A stretch of DNA of 64,000 nucleotides from Marivita sp. (GTDB lineage: Bacteria; Pseudomonadota; Alphaproteobacteria; Rhodobacterales; Rhodobacteraceae). Under the pieces are notes generated by a model. It was not told the origin of the DNA. It saw only the letters and a program-made list of their open reading frames with translations, and did no database searches. The stretch is from positions 3,415-67,414 of the forward strand of contig JAWLGI010000008.1 in assembly GCA_041685125.1 (NCBI GenBank), read 5' to 3'. Position numbers and translations under genes: made by a program. Position 1 is the first letter of the stretch; the number at the start of each line of letters is the position of its first letter. This document shows, in pieces, positions 31,387 to 38,800 of the stretch.

Positions 31387-31893
31387 GTGAGTGACAAAGT
31401 CTGTGTCGGAGCGATTGCCGGGGCCTTCGGGGTCCGCGGCGAAGTGCGGTTGAAAAGCTTTACCGCCACGCCGGAGGATATCGCCTCCTACGCGCCCCTC
31501 GAAACCGAGGACGGCGCGCGGTCCTTTAGCGTCAAGATCACCCGCCAGATCAAGAACGGTCTTGCCGCGCGGCTCTCGGGCATCACCGACAAGGACGCCG
31601 CGGACGCCCTGCGCGGCACAGAGCTTTACGTCCCGCGGGATCGGCTGCCGTCGCTGCCGGATGATGAATTCTACCATGCCGACCTGATCGGGCTGCCCGT
31701 CACCGATACCGGGGGAACGCCCCTTGGCACTGTGATGGCGGTGCTCAACAACGGTGCCGACGATCTGTTGGAACTGCGCGCGCCCGGGCAGAAACAATCG
31801 GTGCTCCTGCCCTTTACCAAAGCCGCCGTGCCCACGGTGGATCTTGCCCAGGGCCGGATCGTTGCCGATCCCCCCGAGGGCCTTTTCACGTGA
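31387..31893 (+). CDS. rimM: Ribosome maturation factor RimM
   Basis: [29 protein letters not shown]; GTG start. Confidence 0.96.
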   Translation: MSDKVCVGAIAGAFGVRGEVRLKSFTATPEDIASYAPLETEDGARSFSVKITRQIKNGLAARLSGITDKDAADALRGTELYVPRDRLPSLPDDEFYHADLIGLPVTDTGGTPLGTVMAVLNNGADDLLELRAPGQKQSVLLPFTKAAVPTVDLAQGRIVADPPEGLFT

Positions 31894-32690
31894 CGCGAAA
31901 GATCGTCATTCACGCAGGCTTTCACAAGACCGGAACGACCAGCGTGCAATCGATGCTGCGCGAAAATGCCCCTGTGCTCGCGCCTCATGTGCGCGTGCTG
32001 CTGAAGCCGGATTTCGAGGATCTGACGAACACGGCCCGCGCCTTTTCCATCGACCCAAGGGAAAAGACGCTGGCATCGGTCGCACGCGCCGCAACCGCGT
32101 TTTTCGACGGTCTGGACCCGGATGATGCACGTCCGATCCTGATGTCATCGGAAGACCTGTCCGGCCACATGCCGGGCCGCCACGGGCTGGAATGTTACGA
32201 CAGCGCCGGTCTCGTGATGAAATGCATCGCCGACGCCGCCCGCGCGCGCCTTGGCAAGAGCGCGGACCTGGTGTTCTATTTCTCGACCCGCGAACGCGCG
32301 CCGTGGTTGCGCAGCACGTGGTGGCAAAACCTGCGCAGCACGCGGCTGACACATGATTTTGCCAGCTATTGCGCCCAGTTCGACGAGGCGCGCAGCCTTG
32401 ACGATATCCTGGCCGAGGTCGCTGCCGACGTGGCCCCCGCCGGCGTCATGTCCTTCCCGCTGGAGACGGCGTCCGATCTGCCTCTTGGTCCGCTGGAACC
32501 GCTTCTGGCGCTTCTGGACATGCCCGATCTTGACCGCACGGCGCTGAGGTGTCTGCCGGCCGAGAACGTGCAACCCGATATCGGCATCGACCGCGTGTTT
32601 CTTGCACTCAATCAAAGCGCCCTGCCCGACCAGGATGTGAAAGCCGCAAAGCGCATGATCCGCAGGATGGGGCGCCGCGCCACAAGCTGA
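31890..32690 (+). CDS. Hypothetical protein with sulfotransferase-like N-terminus
   Basis: [29 protein letters not shown]; GTGA overlap with rimM. Confidence 0.7.
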   Translation: MTRKIVIHAGFHKTGTTSVQSMLRENAPVLAPHVRVLLKPDFEDLTNTARAFSIDPREKTLASVARAATAFFDGLDPDDARPILMSSEDLSGHMPGRHGLECYDSAGLVMKCIADAARARLGKSADLVFYFSTRERAPWLRSTWWQNLRSTRLTHDFASYCAQFDEARSLDDILAEVAADVAPAGVMSFPLETASDLPLGPLEPLLALLDMPDLDRTALRCLPAENVQPDIGIDRVFLALNQSALPDQDVKAAKRMIRRMGRRATS

Positions 32691-32805
32691 GTGGCACAGC
32701 GCCGCAGGGCCGCCCAGAAATCACCATGTTTGCGACACAATGCAGTCGGGGTTTCGCCCTATCCCGGCGTTAACGTGTCCTAATCAATTAGGGATATGCT
32801 GCTTG

Positions 32806-33351
32806 GTGGGCTTCTTGAAACGTGTCGTGCTTGGTCTGGCTGCGCTCTCTCCGGGCGTGGTTTTCCTGACGTTGCAGGAATTTGCCGTCTCCATGGCCTT
32901 CCTCGTGCTCGGCCTGTTCGGCGCGCTTGGCGTGGCAGCCGTTGCAGTGGCGATGTCACCCCCCGTGAAACACGTCCCCTCAAGCGCGAGCCTGTCGCGG
33001 CAGGATTACCCGTCACTGATCCTGGCCTCGGCGCTGCCCGACCTGAGAGATGCGGCGCCCGATCCGCTCCAGCTTCGGGCAGTTTTGCAGACCATGATGG
33101 CGCCCCCCGCGACGGATCAGGGAGGTCTGACGGAAGATCAGAAAATCGCGATGGTCCTGTCCCAGATCATGGCCCGGTGGGGCAAATCCGACACCATGAC
33201 CCTGACCGACGATCAGGCCCGCGAGCTGTGGCTCGTGGATCAGCTCATGCGCGCCACCCCGGCACAGGCGGGTGCGCTGGCGGGATATTTCACCGCGCCC
33301 AATGCCATGTTGACCATGCGCGATACGCTGGCGGCCCCGATCTCTGCCTGA
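32806..33351 (+). CDS. Hypothetical membrane-anchored protein
   Basis: Two N-terminal hydrophobic segments; fills the gap before trmD; start uncertain (32740/32806/32893). Confidence 0.55.
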   Translation: MGFLKRVVLGLAALSPGVVFLTLQEFAVSMAFLVLGLFGALGVAAVAVAMSPPVKHVPSSASLSRQDYPSLILASALPDLRDAAPDPLQLRAVLQTMMAPPATDQGGLTEDQKIAMVLSQIMARWGKSDTMTLTDDQARELWLVDQLMRATPAQAGALAGYFTAPNAMLTMRDTLAAPISA

Positions 33352-33408
33352 ACTGGCAATCGCGCCGACAAGCCGTTAAGAGCGGCGCGTCAGCAAGAGG
33401 CAGACCCG

Positions 33409-34221
33409 ATGAACACCCCCAAGACACCGCCGCAGAAATCGCATGGCCGCAAAGCCATCCGCCCGACGCGCGAACCGCGCGCGTTGATGGACCAGGCCCC
33501 CGATCTGGCCAAGGTCTGGAAAGCACAGGTCATCACCCTGTTGCCCGAAGCGTTTCCCGGCATCCTGGGCGAGTCGCTGACGGGCCGCGCGCTCAAGGAC
33601 GGGCTCTGGCAGTTGGACAGCGTGGCGCTGCGCCAATTCGGCGAAGGCAAGCATCGCAATGTCGATGACACACCCGCAGGCGGCGGCGCAGGCATGGTTT
33701 TGCGCCCCGACGTGATGGGCGCGGCGATCGACCACGCGCATGCGAGAATGCCGCCGGCCGCGCCGCTGATCTATCTCAGCCCGCGGGGCAGGCCCTTTAC
33801 CCAGGACATGGCGCAAAGCCTTGCTGCCGGGCCCGGCGTCAGCCTGATCTGTGGCCGCTTCGAGGGCCTGGACCAGCGCGTGATCGATCATTACCGCATT
33901 GTCGAGGTCAGTCTTGGCGATTTTATCCTCACCGGCGGAGAGATCGCGGCCCAGGCCCTGATCGACGCATGCGTGCGCCTGCTGCCCGGCGTTCTGGGCA
34001 ACGACGCGTCGACCGAGGACGAGAGCTTTTCCGACGGCCTGCTGGAGCACCCGCACTATACCCGGCCGGCTGAATGGCGCGGGCAGAGGATCCCGGATGT
34101 GCTGATGTCGGGCCATCACGGCGAGATCGCCAAGTGGCGCCGCGCGCAGTCCGAAACCCTGACCGAACAGCGCCGTCCCGACCTGTGGGCGCGCCATACC
34201 GCGACACCGGAAAAATCCTAG
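33409..34221 (+). CDS. trmD: tRNA (guanine37-N1)-methyltransferase
   Basis: VDDTPAGGGAGMV, LSPRG, CGRFEG, SLGDFILTGGE, YTRP. Confidence 0.98.
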   Translation: MNTPKTPPQKSHGRKAIRPTREPRALMDQAPDLAKVWKAQVITLLPEAFPGILGESLTGRALKDGLWQLDSVALRQFGEGKHRNVDDTPAGGGAGMVLRPDVMGAAIDHAHARMPPAAPLIYLSPRGRPFTQDMAQSLAAGPGVSLICGRFEGLDQRVIDHYRIVEVSLGDFILTGGEIAAQALIDACVRLLPGVLGNDASTEDESFSDGLLEHPHYTRPAEWRGQRIPDVLMSGHHGEIAKWRRAQSETLTEQRRPDLWARHTATPEKS

Positions 34222-34226
34222 CGTAA

Positions 34227-34293
34227 AAGCGCGTTGGAACGCGCTTGCCAACGCGGTTTCGAAACCGCGTCAAAAGGGCTTTGCAAAGCCCTT
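34227..34293. repeat. Triple 20-bp palindrome element, copy 2
   Basis: AAGCGCGTTGGAACGCGCTT / ACGCGGTTTCGAAACCGCGT / AAGGGCTTTGCAAAGCCCTT. Confidence 0.85.
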
Positions 34294-34429
34294 GCCCGGC
34301 GTCGAGGGCAGGGATTTGCCCCTTGCTTTGCCCCCACGCTTCTGGTTTACGGCGCGTGCTCCGGGTGTCAGCCCGGTGCGGTGATTCCGTGTGGTCTTCG
34401 AACATGGCGCAGTCGCACCCGTCCCGGAC

Positions 34430-34503
34430 CTGACAAGACAAAGACGACCTGATCTCTGGCGGGCGCATGAAACGCGGACCCGGACGAAGACCAAGAGCTC
34501 TGA
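34430..34503 (+). pseudogene. Relic second copy of the trmD 3' end in the rplS leader
   Basis: Encodes [13 protein letters not shown] versus LTEQRRPDLWARH in trmD (34159-34197). Confidence 0.65.
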
Positions 34504-34552
34504 GGCGCGCACACCTTTGCGGGGCAACCGCAAGCAGTTTAGGAGAGACGCG

Positions 34553-34936
34553 ATGAACCTGATCGCTCAACTGGAGGCGGAACAGATCGCCGCCCTCGGG
34601 AAGACAATTCCCGATTTCAAAGCAGGCGACACGGTCCGTGTCGGCTACAAGGTGACCGAAGGCACCCGCACCCGTGTGCAGGCCTATGAAGGCGTCTGCA
34701 TCAGCCGCCGGCAGGGCGATGGCATTGCCGGGACGTTCACCGTTCGCAAGATTTCGTTCGGGGAAGGCGTGGAACGTGTGTTCCCGCTCTATTCCACGAA
34801 CATCGACAGCATCGAGGTTGTCCGCCGCGGCCGTGTGCGCCGTGCCAAGCTGTACTACCTCCGTTCGCGTCGCGGCAAATCGGCCCGTATCGCGGAAGAT
34901 GCAACGTATAAGCCCCTCAAGGGCGCAAACGCGTAA
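34553..34936 (+). CDS. rplS: 50S ribosomal protein L19
   Basis: [35 protein letters not shown]. Confidence 0.99.
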   Translation: MNLIAQLEAEQIAALGKTIPDFKAGDTVRVGYKVTEGTRTRVQAYEGVCISRRQGDGIAGTFTVRKISFGEGVERVFPLYSTNIDSIEVVRRGRVRRAKLYYLRSRRGKSARIAEDATYKPLKGANA

Positions 34937-34947
34937 GGATCCCTGCG

Positions 34948-35169
34948 ATGAAAAAAGACATCCATCCCGATTACCACGTGATCGACGTCAAGATGACCGA
35001 CGGCACCGTGGTCCAGATGCGGTCCACCTGGGGCAGCGAAGGCGACCAGTTGTCGCTCGACATCGACCCGTCCGTGCACCCGGCCTGGACCGGCGGCAAT
35101 TCGCGCCTCATGGACACCGGCGGACGCGTGTCGAAATTCAAGAAGAAATACGAAGGCCTCGGATTCTAG
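34948..35169 (+). CDS. rpmE: 50S ribosomal protein L31
   Basis: [21 protein letters not shown]. Confidence 0.98.
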   Translation: MKKDIHPDYHVIDVKMTDGTVVQMRSTWGSEGDQLSLDIDPSVHPAWTGGNSRLMDTGGRVSKFKKKYEGLGF

Positions 35170-35205
35170 ACCCCGCTGCCAAACCCACGCGACAACCCAC
35201 GAGAC

Positions 35206-35234
35206 AAGGGCCGCCCGTATCCGGGCGGCCTTTT
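35206..35234 (+). terminator. Intrinsic terminator after rpmE
   Basis: GGCCGCCCG-TATC-CGGGCGGCC followed by TTTT. Confidence 0.8.
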
Positions 35235-35474
35235 GCGTTCCGCCCAAGCGCACAGTCAGCAAGGCTCCGCATCCTTGCCAACGCTGACACGTGACGTGGA
35301 TGAGCCGGCCTTTGAGCGGCACATCACGCCCGAATGAAGCCCGGTACGGCACGGCAAAAACAAGTGAGACGCGCCTGCACCGCTCTCCAACGGATTTGAC
35401 GACGGCCCGCTTCTCACGTTGCAACTCGCCGCATCTATGCGCATAGCTGAGGAAAAGCACCTGAGAGCAGACGC

Positions 35475-36284
35475 ATGGCGCATATCATTGTTGTGGGAAA
35501 CGAAAAGGGCGGCGCTGGCAAATCGACCGTGTCGATGCACGTGGCCACGGCGCTGGCGCGCATGGGCCACAAGGTCGGAGCGCTGGATCTCGACCTGCGG
35601 CAGAAAACGATGGGCCGCTATGTCACCAACCGTCTGGAGGAGCTTGCACGCACACAGCTCGATCTGCCCAGCCCGCGCTTTCTCGAACTGCCCGAGATCG
35701 ACCCCGACAGCCTGCAACCGGGCGAGAACATCTACGACCACCGCCTGTCCGCCGCCGTGGCCGAATTGGAGCCCGGAAGCGATTTCATCCTGATCGACTG
35801 CCCCGGGTCTCATACCCGCCTCAGCCAGGTGGCCCATTCGCTGGCCGACACGCTTGTCACACCGCTGAACGACAGTTTCGTGGATTTCGATTTGCTGGCC
35901 CATACCGATGCCGCCGGCGAAAAGATCGAAGGGCCCTCCGTCTATTCCGAGATGGTCTGGAACGCCCGCCAATTGCGGGCCCAGGCCGGGCTGCCCCCGA
36001 TTGACTGGGTGGTGCTGCGCAACCGCCTTGGCGCACAGCAGATGGTCAACAAGGCCAAGATGGAAAAGGCGCTGGACCGGCTGTCCAAACGGATCGGCTT
36101 CCGCGTCGCCCCCGGTTTCAACGAACGGGTCATCTTCCGAGAGTTGTTCCCGCGCGGCATGACACTGCTCGACCTCAAGGATATGGGCGTCAAACAGCTC
36201 AATATCTCCAACATCGCCGCACGGCAGGAATTGCGCGATCTGATCAAGTCGCTCAACCTACCGGGTGTCTCGATCACCTTCTGA
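35475..36284 (+). CDS. mipZ: Division plane positioning ATPase MipZ
   Basis: GNEKGGAGKST, DLDLRQ, TPLNDSFVDFD, ERVIFRELFP. Confidence 0.93.
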   Translation: MAHIIVVGNEKGGAGKSTVSMHVATALARMGHKVGALDLDLRQKTMGRYVTNRLEELARTQLDLPSPRFLELPEIDPDSLQPGENIYDHRLSAAVAELEPGSDFILIDCPGSHTRLSQVAHSLADTLVTPLNDSFVDFDLLAHTDAAGEKIEGPSVYSEMVWNARQLRAQAGLPPIDWVVLRNRLGAQQMVNKAKMEKALDRLSKRIGFRVAPGFNERVIFRELFPRGMTLLDLKDMGVKQLNISNIAARQELRDLIKSLNLPGVSITF

Positions 36285-36482
36285 ATGACCGGCCCCTCCC
36301 GCAAAGAGCTTTGGTTCCGCATCGCCTTCAGTCTTGCCGGACTTGGGCTTCTCGGAGTGACGATCGCCCTGCGCGGCATTAGCAATTCCGCGGCCCTCGT
36401 CGAGGTTGTGGGGATCGCCGGCCTGTTTTTCGGCGGCACCGCGATCTGGTCCGCGATCCGGCTTTGGCGCAGCCGCAACTGA
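36285..36482 (+). CDS. Small two-TM hypothetical protein
   Basis: 65 aa with two hydrophobic helices; abuts the mipZ stop. Confidence 0.7.
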   Translation: MTGPSRKELWFRIAFSLAGLGLLGVTIALRGISNSAALVEVVGIAGLFFGGTAIWSAIRLWRSRN

Positions 36483-36532
36483 CTTGCCTTGCCCCGCATG
36501 CTTGTGTTTGATCGGGCGAAAAGGATACCGCC

Positions 36533-37309
36533 ATGCCTGCCCCCCTGAACCGTTTCAAAGCCCGGCTTAAGTCGGGCCCGCCTCAACTTGGCCTTTGGCT
36601 CGCCCTTGGCAGCGGCTACGCCGCCGAGGTGGCCGCCTCTGCCGGGTATGACTGGCTGCTGATCGACGGCGAACACGCCCCCAATGACCTGGGATCGATC
36701 CACGAACAGCTCATGGCGCTGTCGGGCCATCCGGTATCGCCGGTCCTGCGCCTGCCGCAGAACGATCCTGCCTTGATCAAACAGGCCCTCGACATGGGCG
36801 CGCAAAGCCTGCTGTGCCCGATGGTCAACTCTGCCGACGACGCCCGCGCGATTGTCCGCGCCATGCGCTATCCGCCAGACGGCATACGCGGCGTCGGTCA
36901 TGTGTTGGGCCGCGCATCCCGGTTCAACGGCGTGCCCGATTACCTGCAAACCGCGCAGGACGAACTGTGCCTGATCGTTCAGGCCGAAAGCACAGCGGCG
37001 ATGGATGCGCTGGAAGAGATTTGTGGCGTCGATGGTGTGGACGGCGTGTTCATCGGCCCTGCGGATCTGTGTGCCGACATGGGGCTCTTGCCCGACATCG
37101 CCCACCCCGAGGTACGCGCCAGCATTCAGGACGGCTTGCGGCGCATCCGCGCCACCGGCAAGGCGGCCGGCATCATCGACACGGATCCGGTCCTGATCCA
37201 ACAGGACATGGACGCTGGTGCCAATTTCGTCGCCCTCGGGGCGGATTTGCTGGTGCTGGCCAGCGGCTTGCGCAGCCTTGTGGAAACGTGGAAACCCCGG
37301 ACCACGTGA
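36533..37309 (+). CDS. HpcH/HpaI aldolase family protein
   Basis: DWLLIDGEHAPN, VQAES, VFIGPADL. Confidence 0.92.
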   Translation: MPAPLNRFKARLKSGPPQLGLWLALGSGYAAEVAASAGYDWLLIDGEHAPNDLGSIHEQLMALSGHPVSPVLRLPQNDPALIKQALDMGAQSLLCPMVNSADDARAIVRAMRYPPDGIRGVGHVLGRASRFNGVPDYLQTAQDELCLIVQAESTAAMDALEEICGVDGVDGVFIGPADLCADMGLLPDIAHPEVRASIQDGLRRIRATGKAAGIIDTDPVLIQQDMDAGANFVALGADLLVLASGLRSLVETWKPRTT

Positions 37310-37342
37310 TCCGGGGCTCCCGACAGCACCTTGGGGTTGGGC

Positions 37343-38560
37343 CTATTCGGCAGGCACTGTATCCATCGCCGGGCTGCGGCGGGCGAAATGCTGGCGGTTC
37401 AGGCGCAACACCAGCGCAATCGCGATCGCTTGCGCCACCAGCGCCACCGCTGTCACCGCCCAGTAGGCCGCGCCGAACTGCGCAACCGCCCCGGCGGCAA
37501 CCAGTCCCTTGTTCAGGAAGAACTGGATCATCACCGCGAAGGCCACCGCCGGACAGACCAGCGCATAAGAGCCGGGTGATGTCTTGGACCCGATGACAAA
37601 ATCACTGAAATAGCCCTGACGCCGCATGACCACGGCGCCCAGCAGCAGAAATGCCACCTGCACCGACACCAGCCGTGCAAGGAAGATCATCGTTTCACCC
37701 GGCTGAACCTGCACATCGAAGGCGACGTGCAGACCGTGATCCTGCCGCAGGAACAGGATGCCCAGCACGGTGACAATCGGCACGATGATCATCAGCGTCG
37801 GTCCCGACTCCCGCGCGGTGCCATGCTGCAGCATCGACGCAAAGGCCGTGATCGCAGCGATCGCGGTATAGAGGATGGCCGCCACACCGAAGACCGTCGA
37901 CAGGACCAACGCGATGGCCACGGTGGCGGGGGTCGTGCTCATCGCGGCGGGCGCGGCAAAGCCGACACCGACCATCGAGATGCTGAACGCCGGCAAAAGC
38001 TGCGCAAAGGAGTTATGCGCCGTCACGTCGAACACACCGCCCTTGGACAGCACACGCCCGAGAAACGTGCCGATCATCGAAAAGGCCATCGCCCCGATCG
38101 CCGCAAAGGCGATCAGTGCCAGCGGGAACAGGTACTCCACCACGCTCCAGAGCTGCGGCACAAAGACCAGCCCGACAATGAACATCGCGTTCACGCTCAT
38201 GGCCAGCGCCAGCGGCATCGCCAACAACGTGGCTTCGGCATTGGTCTGGCGCAACCTGGCATAGTCCTCGGTCTGCTTGAAGACGGAGAGCGCTTGCAGG
38301 TTCCAGATCAGCGATTTGATGTTGAGAAAGGCAAACACCGCAATGCCGACCAGCGCCACCGCGATCCCGGCCTGCAGCGCAAGGCCACCCGTGGCAAATG
38401 CCGCCGTGATATCCTCGAACACCGGCACGGGCTGGCCGGGATGCGGCACCCAGAACATCAAGAACATGAAAAACGTCACCGCGATCCCGCCCGCGCCAAG
38501 CGACGCTAGGAAATAGATCGGCGAATACGTATCGGCAGGTCTGGTTGTGGAACGGTCCAT
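37343..38560 (-). CDS. Uncharacterised ~10-TM membrane protein, TsoY-like (Cys form)
   Basis: YSPIYFLASLGAGG, NSFAQLL and SYALVCP motifs; family name recalled, not searched; SD AAGGAG. Confidence 0.7.
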   Translation of the reverse strand: MDRSTTRPADTYSPIYFLASLGAGGIAVTFFMFLMFWVPHPGQPVPVFEDITAAFATGGLALQAGIAVALVGIAVFAFLNIKSLIWNLQALSVFKQTEDYARLRQTNAEATLLAMPLALAMSVNAMFIVGLVFVPQLWSVVEYLFPLALIAFAAIGAMAFSMIGTFLGRVLSKGGVFDVTAHNSFAQLLPAFSISMVGVGFAAPAAMSTTPATVAIALVLSTVFGVAAILYTAIAAITAFASMLQHGTARESGPTLMIIVPIVTVLGILFLRQDHGLHVAFDVQVQPGETMIFLARLVSVQVAFLLLGAVVMRRQGYFSDFVIGSKTSPGSYALVCPAVAFAVMIQFFLNKGLVAAGAVAQFGAAYWAVTAVALVAQAIAIALVLRLNRQHFARRSPAMDTVPAE

Positions 38561-38571
38561 GACAGGTCTCC

Positions 38572-38619
38572 TTTATATTCTGTTTCCGGAATATAAATAC
38601 ATTCCAATTTCAGAATGTA
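38572..38619. promoter_or_regulatory. Two tandem ATTC-N8-GAAT operators (SqrR-type)
   Basis: TTTATATTC-N8-GAATATAAA (38572-38597) and TACATTC-N8-GAATGTA (38598-38619). Confidence 0.7.
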
Positions 38620-38682
38620 AAGACGCAGTCGCACGAAATTTGTCAGCCTGGCCGCATCACACCTCAAGGCGTCCACAAATCA

Positions 38683-38729
38683 GCCCAATATCTTGTGGAT
38701 AATCACAGGCACGTTACCACATGCGGCGA
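38683..38729. promoter_or_regulatory. NrdR-like box pair overlapping a perfect DnaA box upstream of smc
   Basis: GCCCAATATCTTGTGG (38683-38698), weak TTACCACATGCGGCGA at +31; TGTGGATAA (38694-38702) is TTATCCACA on the minus strand. Confidence 0.5.
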
Positions 38730-38800
38730 CAAATCGTTGACTCGCCCGCAGGCCCCGCGACACACTGCCCGAACGGCAGGGAATCAGGCAGGTTTCACAG

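Noticed and set aside
34391-34552. 54-aa N-terminal extension of L19
   Set aside because: ATG 34553 has a strong SD (AGGAG) and gives the normal L19 start
34948-35169. Zinc-free L31 as a Zur-regulated paralog
   Set aside because: Cys-less L31 next to rplS is the normal alphaproteobacterial form; no Zur box seen
37343-38560. Selenocysteine readthrough in the TsoY-like gene
   Set aside because: No in-frame TGA; the candidate position is a Cys codon
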